Of a stretch of DNA of 35,162 nt, positions 26,378-35,162 are shown piece after piece. Every line of letters starts with the position of its first letter. The first letter of the stretch is position 1. The position numbers and the translations under genes are program-made. Location: positions 1 to 35,162 of the forward strand of contig JAYUGC010000065.1 of NCBI GenBank assembly GCA_043767805.1, given 5' to 3'. The notes below the pieces were generated by a model. It had not been told where the DNA came from. It ran no database searches and worked only from the letters and a program-made list of their open reading frames with translations. This DNA comes from Pseudomonadota bacterium. GTDB lineage: Bacteria > Bdellovibrionota > FAC87 > UBA2466.

Positions 26378-27483
26378 CCCTGATACTCGTAAATGAAGGT
26401 ATAATAGATCTGAGTTTTTTCGGCGGACACCAACTCGGCGTACTTGGCCGTAACGTCTTTGTAGCCCGTCGAATCGGTGTTCTCCGGCACCCGGAGGTAG
26501 CAGCGCACCACCACCAGAGCCCCCGGGTTCAGCCCTTTGCCGAGCCGCTGTAAATAGACGCGGTCCTGGTGGATGGAGAAATAGGACGGCACGTCACTCA
26601 AAGAGACGAAATCGAATTTCTCCTTCGTTTCCTCAGCGACGCTCAGTAAATCCGCGTTGACCAGAGAGACGGGTATGCGGGCGAGGCAATCCTTCATCTC
26701 CTTATAGACCTCGGGCCGGGCTTCGTAAGTGTTAGCCTCGGGGTACCGGATCTTTCCGAGAAAAGAGAGCTGAAGAAAGAAGTTTTCCCGGCAGAGTCCT
26801 TGGTAAAAAAGGCGCCGATAAGCCTGGCGGTAATAATCAAAGTGCGTTTCGGGAACATTCTTCTTCGCCATATGACCTTTGTAGAGAAAGGCATTGAAGA
26901 AGGCAGCATTGCCGAACGCGCGAAGAACCAAGCGAGGAAGCAGTAACCAGCGAGCGCTATGAAGCTTCTCGTCGAAATACTCCTTTTGCGCCTTCATGTC
27001 GGTGAAATCGAAAATCTCGTCGTACCTGTCGCCGATGAGCCGGCGGAGGAGCTTCGGCACGCCCGTAAAGGTCTTTTCCCATTTCCCTTCGTACAAGATG
27101 CCGTGCCAGTTCAGCGAATCGTATAGGACCTCGAAATATTCGCGGGTCGCGCCATCCAGCTTGAACTTCGCGAAAGTCTCTTTGCGCCATTCGGCGTTCT
27201 CTTCCGTCTTGAAAGGCGGAAAGCCCCAGTACATGAGGTACTCTTCGTGGCTCAAAGCCTCGATGGCCGCCCGTTTGTGGCTCGTCAAAAGCAGTTGCTG
27301 TCCGGAGAGGTCCGCGCACACCAGCTCCTCCAGGGTTCCCCCCAGCAGCGGGAGACTGCGGCCGCCGCTGCCGCAAACGGCGAGGACTCGCTTCGGAAGC
27401 CTCTCTTTTACGAGAGTGTACTCCAAGGCCGTATCTTCGTTCGCCAGCGTGTAATTGAGCTTTGAGAAATATTGCTTAGACAT
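26374..27483 (-). CDS. DUF3419/BtaA-family SAM-dependent (aminocarboxypropyl) transferase
   Basis: LNYTLANED, VLAVCGSGG, ADLSGQQL, YEGKWEK, ENFF, FDFVSLSDVPSY, LNPGALVVVR. 369 aa. Confidence 0.8.
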   Translation of the reverse strand: MSKQYFSKLNYTLANEDTALEYTLVKERLPKRVLAVCGSGGRSLPLLGGTLEELVCADLSGQQLLLTSHKRAAIEALSHEEYLMYWGFPPFKTEENAEWRKETFAKFKLDGATREYFEVLYDSLNWHGILYEGKWEKTFTGVPKLLRRLIGDRYDEIFDFTDMKAQKEYFDEKLHSARWLLLPRLVLRAFGNAAFFNAFLYKGHMAKKNVPETHFDYYRQAYRRLFYQGLCRENFFLQLSFLGKIRYPEANTYEARPEVYKEMKDCLARIPVSLVNADLLSVAEETKEKFDFVSLSDVPSYFSIHQDRVYLQRLGKGLNPGALVVVRCYLRVPENTDSTGYKDVTAKYAELVSAEKTQIYYTFIYEYQG

Positions 27484-29563
27484 TTTCTCTCCCTGAGCCC
27501 GAAGGCTTCCAGCTTTTTAACGCTTCCAAGGCATGTTCCCGGCAGAGCGCGATCTCCTGATCGGTGATGATGCCGGCGGGGCCGCGAATGGCCGCCAGCT
27601 CGGCTCCGTGCCGCTTGGCGATATCGTAAATCTCTCGCACGCGCTCGAAGCTGATGTTGCGAGACAGGGTGAATGATTCGTAGCGGCCTTCCAGGGCGAG
27701 AAGCGCCGTCTCGGCGAGACAGGCGTAAACCACGGATTCCTCGAGCCCGATGTCGCAATTCATCTCGACCGTGCCCGGAAGCATCACTTCGCCGCTCTCG
27801 ATGACGAGCACGTCGGGACGCTCGGCCACCTGAGCCGCAGAATAAGTCAGCGGCCGGGAAACGTCGGAAATCACGCAACCCGGCTTCACGGATTTCAGAT
27901 CCATGACTTTTCCATCGAGAGAGCTCGTCGACAAAATAATGAGATCGCACTCTCCGGCGTATCTATCGGGGTTCGTCCCAATTTCAATTCGGCAGTGAGG
28001 ATTTAGCCTTTGAAACTCTTCGCGAAGGTCCATGAGCTTGCTGCTCGTCAGGGAAACCAGAATGAGTCGCTTCACCACCGCGGTCAAAAGCTTCGCGGAT
28101 ACCTTACCTATGCTGCCCGTCGCGCCAACCACCATCGCCGTGCCCTCTAAACGGGGCGTTTGAAAGCTATAGGGAGCGATGAAGCCGAGCTTCTCCACCG
28201 CGACTCGGGCGGCCCAGAGCGCGGCGGAAGCCGAAAGGGAGTTTCCCGTCGTTACCGGAATGGGGCTTAGCGAAGCCACCGTCACTCCGGCATCTCCGAC
28301 CACTTTAGTAAAGGCGCCGAGCCCGATGATGTCGGCGCCATCTCTCGCGGCCTGCTCGGCGACTTTCACGAGTTTGTCGTAAACGACTTGGGGCTTGGCC
28401 CGCAGCATCTCTCTCGGCGTGTCGAAAAGCGTATAGATAAGTCCTTCCACGCGAGTGCCATCGTGCCGGCTCGTGATGCCGCGGATGGTGCCGTACCGCA
28501 TGCCCGGGAGATGAGATAGGCCACGCTCCAGAGGCCTCTCGAATAACTTAGCCACCCCTTGCAGAGGACGAAGGGCCGGGTGACGAAATAAATCACGGAC
28601 GCTCAAAGGATGAATGATGAAAGCGAACTTCCTCACCGCCCGGTACTCGCCTTGGGAGACGTTTCTGAGCTCGGCCTTGAGTCCCTTTTCATTGATGAAA
28701 GAGAGTACGTCGTCCTCGTCGAGAGGAAGGCTGCGGTTCTGGGTCACCTGAATGAGAGCTTCGAGCACGCCGTAACGAAGGCCGCTCGTCACATTCACGC
28801 CCGGAATGCGAGGCACGATCTGAATGATGTCTTTCACCTTGGCGCTTCTAAGCTGCGTTTCCAAAGCATGGGAGAGCGAATCGACAATGACGGTGCGGCC
28901 TTTAAAGACCCGGCTATCGACTCGTTCCAATACCGTCGATGAGCCGACGATGAAATCGCTGCGGCTCGCTTCTTTCGCTCTACGAGAAAACGGAAGCAGG
29001 CGGAAATCAATGCTCGTCGGCAAAGAGCTGAGCGGCACGCGCTTTAAGAACGGCAGTAACCGCTTCGTATAAGCATTCAGCTCATCCATACCCTTCAAAA
29101 TGATGGGAAGATGCAGATGATAAAAGGCGTCGGCGAAGTAAAGCCTGTCCGTGTACTGGGCGATGACGTTGACCAGCTCCTGATCGACCAAGCCCGAGGC
29201 AAACGCGACCTTTCGCCCCTCGAAGTTGATGCGCTTTTCCTTCACCTGATTCTGGATGGCCCAGGGGATGAAGACTTTGCGAAGCAAGAACCCGGAAGTG
29301 ACCGGCGTGTGCTGAGGGATCTGAAGATAGCGCTGGGAGTCGGGATGATAGTGGAGCTTTCGGCCCACCCGCACGGGAAGCTGCAAGCCGCCGACCGAAA
29401 TGACGTCGCATTTGCCGTCGTGCTGCTTCAAAAGCGCTTCCATCGTCTCGGCATCGAAATCGGCGCCGAACTGAGAGATGCGAACCTTTTCCCCGAAAAA
29501 ATCGACCACCGTGTCGTAATTGTTCCGGGACGAGGTAAAAAGAAGGCTGACGATATGTTTCAC
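27476..29563 (-). CDS. Acyl-ACP/CoA reductase-like (aldehyde-forming, AAR-like) protein with a large N-terminal extension
   Basis: GTG 29563 overlaps the upstream TGA; 695 aa. The C-terminal half has FAFIIHP, GLGAFTKVVG, TTGNSL, Rossmann VVGATGSIG, DVSRP and YACLAETALLALEGRYESFTLSR. Confidence 0.75.
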   Translation of the reverse strand: MKHIVSLLFTSSRNNYDTVVDFFGEKVRISQFGADFDAETMEALLKQHDGKCDVISVGGLQLPVRVGRKLHYHPDSQRYLQIPQHTPVTSGFLLRKVFIPWAIQNQVKEKRINFEGRKVAFASGLVDQELVNVIAQYTDRLYFADAFYHLHLPIILKGMDELNAYTKRLLPFLKRVPLSSLPTSIDFRLLPFSRRAKEASRSDFIVGSSTVLERVDSRVFKGRTVIVDSLSHALETQLRSAKVKDIIQIVPRIPGVNVTSGLRYGVLEALIQVTQNRSLPLDEDDVLSFINEKGLKAELRNVSQGEYRAVRKFAFIIHPLSVRDLFRHPALRPLQGVAKLFERPLERGLSHLPGMRYGTIRGITSRHDGTRVEGLIYTLFDTPREMLRAKPQVVYDKLVKVAEQAARDGADIIGLGAFTKVVGDAGVTVASLSPIPVTTGNSLSASAALWAARVAVEKLGFIAPYSFQTPRLEGTAMVVGATGSIGKVSAKLLTAVVKRLILVSLTSSKLMDLREEFQRLNPHCRIEIGTNPDRYAGECDLIILSTSSLDGKVMDLKSVKPGCVISDVSRPLTYSAAQVAERPDVLVIESGEVMLPGTVEMNCDIGLEESVVYACLAETALLALEGRYESFTLSRNISFERVREIYDIAKRHGAELAAIRGPAGIITDQEIALCREHALEALKSWKPSGSGRENV

Positions 29564-30609
29564 TTCGAGCCCCCCTTCATGAGATTTTCCAAGGCGTAGG
29601 CCATCAAACGGGGCGCATAGCTTTCGAAGTACGGCATTACAAACTTGGGTAAACGATGGGCGAAACGCTGGTTGTCGTACCGAACGCCGCAGTTCATGTA
29701 GAAAAGCGTTTGAGCGGGAATATCCAAACGGCCGGCAATCTTCTCGATCCACCGGTTGGAAGGAACGCTAAATAGCCGCACTTGATACCCGCAGGCTTCC
29801 AGCATCTCGCGAAGCACCGTCCGAATCGGGGCTCCGTGAGGATCGCCGGTCAGGTGAAACGTATGAAGGCCGGCATCATGAGGCCCCCCCATGAGCTCCG
29901 TCATCGCGCGCGCGGTGACATCGACCGGAACCATGTACAGCCGGGTGTGCTCGTTAAAGGGGAGGGTCAGCATCCGAGTCGCATTTACCCAACCGCGCGC
30001 GAAAGCCATCCGACTGAGAAGCCGAAGCAGATAGTAAGGCCCATCAATCTTCGGGATTATGCCCGTTTCACTATGGCCCACCAAAACGCCCAGCCGGTGC
30101 ACGACACGGGGAACACACGACTGCCAATCCCGGACGGAGCTTTCCGCGGCGAATTTCGTGGAGGCGTAAGCGTCGGGAAAGGTTTGCCCGACGTCGAACA
30201 TCTCTTCACCCAGGAGCCCGGAGTAATTGCCGGCCACGGCTATGGTGCTCGTGTAATGAAAAGCCTTCAGGCCGGGCATGAGCTCCGCGAAATGCAAAAC
30301 GTGATTCGTGCCAACGACATTACAAAGGTAGAGATCCTTGCGGCTCGCCTGCAGATCGTAGAGAGCGGCGGCGTGGACCACGCCCGTGGTCTCATAAAGG
30401 ACGCGCTGGCGAACCGAAGGATCTTCGATGACGTCGGGATTCAAGATGTCTCCGCCGACCCACTCCACGCCCGCGAGACCGAGAGCCCGCATCTTTTCGA
30501 GATTCTTGGGGCGGGCCAAGGCAAACACTTTTTCACCGCGAACGGACAACTGCCGGAGCAGCTCGGCTCCCAAAAAACCCGTACCTCCGGTGACGAACCA
30601 GCCGTTCAT
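29560..30609 (-). CDS. Extended SDR oxidoreductase (NAD_binding_4 / fatty acyl reductase N-domain-like)
   Basis: ATG 30609 (ATGA overlap). FVTGGTGFLG, HAAALYD, NVVGT, TSTIAVAG, YASTK, VGHSETG...KIDGPYY. 349 aa. Confidence 0.87.
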   Translation of the reverse strand: MNGWFVTGGTGFLGAELLRQLSVRGEKVFALARPKNLEKMRALGLAGVEWVGGDILNPDVIEDPSVRQRVLYETTGVVHAAALYDLQASRKDLYLCNVVGTNHVLHFAELMPGLKAFHYTSTIAVAGNYSGLLGEEMFDVGQTFPDAYASTKFAAESSVRDWQSCVPRVVHRLGVLVGHSETGIIPKIDGPYYLLRLLSRMAFARGWVNATRMLTLPFNEHTRLYMVPVDVTARAMTELMGGPHDAGLHTFHLTGDPHGAPIRTVLREMLEACGYQVRLFSVPSNRWIEKIAGRLDIPAQTLFYMNCGVRYDNQRFAHRLPKFVMPYFESYAPRLMAYALENLMKGGSK

Positions 30610-31568
30610 TCGGGCACCGCCACGAACTCTTCCGGACGCTGAAAGCTCGGCAAGGAGAGGCGGAAGACTTTGAGCGCCCGGGGCAGAACGCGCACTTCGA
30701 GCTTTCGCCCTTGAGCGAGCAGCTCTCCGTCGCCGAAAAAGGTGAAATCCGGTCCGTCGACGAGCTCGATGTCGACCTGATCGGTCTCGAACGAGATGAC
30801 GCAAGGATCATGGTCCACCGGAAGGCCGCGCTTAACTCTCAGCACCGTGCCAATGAAGGACGTCCAATCGGAATGGGCGAAAATGGTGACGTTGAACTTA
30901 CCGTCGGAGTTGGAAGTCTCGGGCGCCACGGGAAAATCGCCGGCGATATAGGGCTGATTGTTGATGAGAAGAAGCGGAGTTACGACTTCGCCCTCGTACT
31001 GAGCCGAGCGGACTCTCACCCGATAGTGCCGATACTTGCGGGAGATGAGATGGGCGACGAGAGCGATGGTGTAAACGCGGTGATGCAAGGACTTCATGAG
31101 GGAACGAAAGCCGGGAATCTTTCCGCGCAAACTATTCACACTGAGAGCGACGTCACTAACCACTCCGATGCCGCCGTTGGTCGCCATATAGCGCCCGTTC
31201 ACGGAAATAAGATCGATACGATGCACCTCGTCCCGCCGCACGCATTCGAGAGCTTTCTTTAGCTTGGGAGTGATACCGAGCTCACGCGCGAGATCGTTTG
31301 CCGTGCCCGCGGGGACGACCAAAAAAGAGGTCTCGCTCTCCGCAAGGCTCTGGATCAAAGTATTGAAAGTCCCGTCGCCCCCGACGGAAATGATGACGTC
31401 GATCTTTTCGCGCGAGGCGCGCCGCAGCTCTTCCTTCATCAATTCGGGCGTCCCTGGGCTTACGAAGTCCACGTGACTGCGAAAAAGAAATTCGTGAATT
31501 TTCCCTTTCCAGTCATAAGCGCCGCTGGAAGAAGCGGCTCCATTTAAAAATACGCGAACCCTGTGCAT
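30606..31568 (-). CDS. Diacylglycerol/sphingosine kinase family lipid kinase
   Basis: FLNGAAS, VGGDGT, PAGTANDLAR, IDLISVNG, SDGKFNV, GDGE. 320 aa. Confidence 0.9.
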   Translation of the reverse strand: MHRVRVFLNGAASSSGAYDWKGKIHEFLFRSHVDFVSPGTPELMKEELRRASREKIDVIISVGGDGTFNTLIQSLAESETSFLVVPAGTANDLARELGITPKLKKALECVRRDEVHRIDLISVNGRYMATNGGIGVVSDVALSVNSLRGKIPGFRSLMKSLHHRVYTIALVAHLISRKYRHYRVRVRSAQYEGEVVTPLLLINNQPYIAGDFPVAPETSNSDGKFNVTIFAHSDWTSFIGTVLRVKRGLPVDHDPCVISFETDQVDIELVDGPDFTFFGDGELLAQGRKLEVRVLPRALKVFRLSLPSFQRPEEFVAVPE

Positions 31569-31574
31569 ATATCC

Positions 31575-32738
31575 TCAAAAAGAGAAGCTCACCTGCGAGG
31601 TGATTCGGCTCGTGTAGCCGAGAAGGGTCGTGGGAGAGCTTGGATCGTCGCCTAGCCACTCCCCGCCTGTTTTAACTTCCCAAGCCTCGCCGAGCTTCAA
31701 ACGCCCGGAGAGCTGAAACCAGTAGTCTCCCGACTTAAACCGGGACGAAGCTTTCCCTTCGATTTCAAACTTGTTGTTGAACAAGCCCTTGCGCGCCATG
31801 AGCGCCGCGCCTACCCGCGCGTCGCTTCCCAAAACGGCGAAGCGATCGAGAGAGACCTGAACGCCGAAAGTCAGATTCTCGAGGGACGCCGGCGTCCAAT
31901 CGAAACCGGCGTTCGCGGAGTAGGTCGTTTGGGTTGGGGTCGTCGTAAACGTCGCGTCCGAGACCGGATGGTCCTGAGTCAGAATGCCGTCCGCTCTCAG
32001 CACGATTTCCGAAAAGCCTCTGGAAAACGTGGCGCCATAGGAAAGCACGGGCCGGTAAACGGCGCTCAATGTGCCCGGAGCCCGCATTACGAAGGCGGGA
32101 AGCCGGTTCAAGTGCCGATAAGCAAACACGCTCGCGTTCGAATCGGCGAGAGTCTTGCTGACCCGAACCCCACCCTCGGGATAAGTGAAGAAATCGCCCG
32201 CGCTTAGATCATTTTGAATCGCAAGGCCCTTAATCGCCGCGGGAAGCCGCGGAATCTGGCCCTGGGGGCTAAGATAGGGGCTGACCTTGAAACTTCCCAC
32301 GGTGAAGAACCCGTTTAAGTTCCAAGCCGGCAAACGGTTCCTGCCGTGATCCAGGGCGCCGTAATCACGGAAATCGCGGGCGTTCAAGATATCGACCGCC
32401 TGATAACCGAACGTCTCGCTCCAGGTGATTTGCTGAGCGCCGGCCGAGATGCCCCACCGATCGCCCCAGTAGGAGGCGCGCAGAGTCTGCAACGTGACGC
32501 TCGTCTCAGTCATTTTGGCTTCCGCATGGCTCCCGTTGGAGAACGCCCTAACCAAGGATTGAAACTCGATCGGTGTCTTTTCCGCGGTTTGCTTGACCGA
32601 AAGCTCGTAGGCGATGCGATTCGTATCGAAGCGTCCCGTGTTTCGCACGCCGCTCTCATAAGAGATTTCGCTGCGCACCTCGGGTTCCGCTTGAGCCAGG
32701 CCGGCCCACAGGGCCGCTATGCAGAAAAACACCTTCAT
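31575..32738 (-). CDS. Outer-membrane beta-barrel protein
   Basis: Signal peptide MKVFFCIAALWAGLAQA, GAQQITW motif, alternating amphipathic strands, C-terminal VSFSF (BAM signal). 387 aa. Confidence 0.75.
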   Translation of the reverse strand: MKVFFCIAALWAGLAQAEPEVRSEISYESGVRNTGRFDTNRIAYELSVKQTAEKTPIEFQSLVRAFSNGSHAEAKMTETSVTLQTLRASYWGDRWGISAGAQQITWSETFGYQAVDILNARDFRDYGALDHGRNRLPAWNLNGFFTVGSFKVSPYLSPQGQIPRLPAAIKGLAIQNDLSAGDFFTYPEGGVRVSKTLADSNASVFAYRHLNRLPAFVMRAPGTLSAVYRPVLSYGATFSRGFSEIVLRADGILTQDHPVSDATFTTTPTQTTYSANAGFDWTPASLENLTFGVQVSLDRFAVLGSDARVGAALMARKGLFNNKFEIEGKASSRFKSGDYWFQLSGRLKLGEAWEVKTGGEWLGDDPSSPTTLLGYTSRITSQVSFSF

Positions 32739-33442
32739 TTGGACTGAAACCTCTCTAAGCTGAAGAGCGTGTCGGGGAAGGTCTTGATCTTCATGTCGGA
32801 GATGCGAATCTCGGATTTCTGATCGGCGCGCACCGCATCCGCGATGAGCAGAAGCGTGGGCCTGGATTTTCCCGCCATGGACATATAGTCCTTGAACTCA
32901 CCGCGCTTGAGCACTTTGCCGTCGACCGTTAGATACTCGGCGGTCAGCGGCTTGAAAGTCTTTTTCTCAACGACGGCCCGTATCTTTTCGTACGTGAGCC
33001 CTTTCTTTTTTGCCGTGAGAAGCAGCGTCCAGCTGGCCGCTTCGTCTTTCTCGATGACGCCGATGTAGTCTTCCGCCCAGCGCATGCGGCTGATATCGCC
33101 GTTCGCCGCTTCACCGGTGAGCTTTTGACTGAGCCCGACTCGCACCGCCCGTTTCAGGTTCGGCACGTAAGCCCACATATTCTCGTCGATCATCAGAAGA
33201 TCGCGCCCGACATCGCGCTTCGGAGCCATGGTCCGGATCAACGTCTTGTCGTTGCCCTTCAAGGAAACTTCAAAAACGTGGGTCTCGGTATCGCCAGAGT
33301 GGGTGGACTTCACCTCCACCGTCATCATGAAGGACTTGTCTGGGTTTCGGATGTCGTCCGCGTTTTTTAAAATAGTTTCAGGGGATGTCGTCGCGAAAGC
33401 GGACGCCACCCACAAAAGAAGTACAGGCCAAATTTTCGACAT
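32735..33442 (-). CDS. Outer membrane lipoprotein-sorting (LolA-like) periplasmic protein
   Basis: ATG 33442 after a purine-rich RBS, signal peptide, DENMWAYVPNLKRAVRV, QKLTGEAANGDI, YEKI, FPDTLF. 235 aa. Confidence 0.82.
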   Translation of the reverse strand: MSKIWPVLLLWVASAFATTSPETILKNADDIRNPDKSFMMTVEVKSTHSGDTETHVFEVSLKGNDKTLIRTMAPKRDVGRDLLMIDENMWAYVPNLKRAVRVGLSQKLTGEAANGDISRMRWAEDYIGVIEKDEAASWTLLLTAKKKGLTYEKIRAVVEKKTFKPLTAEYLTVDGKVLKRGEFKDYMSMAGKSRPTLLLIADAVRADQKSEIRISDMKIKTFPDTLFSLERFQSK

Positions 33443-33456
33443 TCCTATCCCTTTCC

Positions 33457-34677
33457 TCAAGTTGAGCGCAGCGCTTCTCCGATAGGCATCCGCGTGACTT
33501 TGTAAGCCGCGAGGAACGTACCGATGAGCGCGCACATGGATCCCAGCAAAAACGTTTCGAGGCCATTGAAGGCCTGGAGCTCGACGAGCACGTGATATTG
33601 ACGAGTCAGCCCCGGGCTCGGCGGCATTAATATCCCATTCGCCATCAGGGTGGCGTTGGCGAGGTAAGCGACCGCGAGGCCGAAGAGGGCGCCCCCCATG
33701 CCGAGCAAAGCGCCTTCCGTGAGAAAGAGCGCCATGACGTCACGCGCGGACTCTCCATTGGCTCTCAAGTTACCGACTTCCTGCTTGCGCTCGAGAATGC
33801 CGGTAGAGACCGTATTGAAGATGCCGAGAATGACGATGAAAAGAATGACGAGACGAATGACCCGAAACTGCGAGCCAAGCCAGTCCACCGCGTTCTGGTA
33901 GTACACCTTGTCCAGCACCGCGAAGGCGACCGCTTCGAGTCCCGAGCCCTGAGGCGCAAGCGTCGAAGCGACCCGTTCCCAGTCTTTCAAATCTTTGAGG
34001 CCGACGGCGATACTCTCGACCTTCGCGGTATCGAGAAGCTTTTGAGCGACAGTCAGAGGCAAACGGAAGACGCGATCGTCGAACTCCTTCGCGCCGGTGT
34101 GAAAAATGCCGACGACCGTGAGATCGGCGCCGTTGATGCTGCCGTAGATGGTGTTCGCGAGCACCGTGACCCGGTCTCCGACTTTAAGGCGTAACGAGCG
34201 CGCGAGGCCCTGGCCCATCAAAATGCCTTCCGGCTGATCGGTCAGAGGCTTTCCCTCCTCGATATTCAAAGCCGTAAAGAAATCCGCTTCCGCCGTGCCG
34301 TCGATGCCCTGCCCGCGGCCGCTCAGAGTGATGGAGCCATTCGTAAGGAGCGAATAGAACTCGAGCCGGGGAAAAACGTGAGTCACCCCTTCGGTCGCCC
34401 GGATCTTCGCCATCAAGGGCTCGGGGTTTTCTATCCAATGTTCCCAGGGCTTTTCGAAAACCTGGCCGCGATAACCTTCGGTATTGATCTGCCCGTGGCC
34501 AAAACGAGAACGAATGGTGTTTTCGCGGTACTGGTTCATGATGCCGGTGTTAAAACCATTAAAGGTGAAGAGCGCACCCGTTCCCACGGCCACCGTCAGC
34601 GCGACGGCCATCGTACGGCGATAATTGCGGAAGCAATTTCTAAGGGCGAGAGAAAGCAGCAAGCGGAAGTTACTCAT
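33457..34677 (-). CDS. ABC transporter permease, FtsX/MacB/LolE family
   Basis: LALRNCFRNYRRT, TM1, large periplasmic domain (LARSLRLKVGDRV), ERKQEVGNLRANG, 3 C-terminal TM helices. 406 aa. Confidence 0.9.
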   Translation of the reverse strand: MSNFRLLLSLALRNCFRNYRRTMAVALTVAVGTGALFTFNGFNTGIMNQYRENTIRSRFGHGQINTEGYRGQVFEKPWEHWIENPEPLMAKIRATEGVTHVFPRLEFYSLLTNGSITLSGRGQGIDGTAEADFFTALNIEEGKPLTDQPEGILMGQGLARSLRLKVGDRVTVLANTIYGSINGADLTVVGIFHTGAKEFDDRVFRLPLTVAQKLLDTAKVESIAVGLKDLKDWERVASTLAPQGSGLEAVAFAVLDKVYYQNAVDWLGSQFRVIRLVILFIVILGIFNTVSTGILERKQEVGNLRANGESARDVMALFLTEGALLGMGGALFGLAVAYLANATLMANGILMPPSPGLTRQYHVLVELQAFNGLETFLLGSMCALIGTFLAAYKVTRMPIGEALRST

Positions 34678-35162
34678 CGCGCTTCCTCCTTTTCGATAAT
34701 GCCATCTTTCATGCGCACGATACGAGAGGCATATCCAAGCGCCATGGGATCGTGGCTAGCGAGGAGGACCGTGCCTCCTGCCGTGACGAGACGCGAGAAA
34801 ATTTCCATAATTTCTTTGCCGGTCTTTTGATCGAGACTCGCCGTGGGCTCGTCCGCGAGGATGACCCGCGGGGATTTTGCCAAGGCGCGCGCGACGGCGA
34901 CTCGTTGGCGCTGGCCGCCGCTCATCTCGAGGGGCCGCTTCTCCGCGTGGGATTTTAGGCCCACGCTGTCGAGCGCCGAGTGCACGCGCGACTCACGCTC
35001 CTCCGCCGTGAGGAATTGATGCTTCAAAAAGTATTCGACGTTCTCATATGCGGTCATCGTCTCGAAGAGATGAAAATGCTGGAAGACGAAACCTAAATCG
35101 AAGCGGCGCAGCTTATTCTTTTCGCCCTCATTGAGCCCTTTGAGTGAGCGCCCCTGATAGAG
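34674..35162 (-). CDS. ABC transporter ATP-binding protein, LolD/MacB-like (5' end outside the window)
   Basis: The frame is open from the window edge: LYQGRSL...GFVFQHFHLFETMTAYENV, MSGGQRQRVAVARAL, ILADEPTASLD, SHD. Confidence 0.92.
   Translation of the reverse strand, partial: LYQGRSLKGLNEGEKNKLRRFDLGFVFQHFHLFETMTAYENVEYFLKHQFLTAEERESRVHSALDSVGLKSHAEKRPLEMSGGQRQRVAVARALAKSPRVILADEPTASLDQKTGKEIMEIFSRLVTAGGTVLLASHDPMALGYASRIVRMKDGIIEKEEAR

Overview
This is gene-dense, GC-rich bacterial DNA with about 30 CDS. I recognise no rRNA, tRNA, CRISPR array or transposase. The secreted-protein style and REP-like palindromes suggest Bdellovibrionota/Oligoflexia or a related lineage (inference only). 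The left 20 kb holds secreted hypotheticals, a metzincin lipoprotein, a membrane MutS-V protein with a sulfatase-fold enzyme, an M14 peptidase, RecQ, a glucosylceramide-synthase-like GT21 with a GH1 beta-glucosidase, a PAS/GAF histidine kinase with two receiver proteins, a Gcr-type membrane protein, a CBS protein and an ABC-F ATPase. The right 15 kb (20454 to the window end, minus strand) is the highlight. It is a tightly coupled operon of at least 12 genes: ABC ATPase, ABC permease, LolA-like protein, outer-membrane beta-barrel, DAG-kinase-family kinase, extended SDR, acyl-ACP-reductase-like protein, BtaA/DUF3419, OleC-like adenylating enzyme, UbiA-like transferase, PEP-synthase/RPH-like dikinase and GNAT. 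It looks like an uncharacterised pathway for synthesis and export of a modified fatty-alcohol-derived lipid. Also noted are a candidate ~125-nt structured small RNA with its own promoter and terminator downstream of recQ, REP/REPIN-like palindromes, and several apparently leaderless genes. All family calls come from motif recognition by eye; no searches were run.
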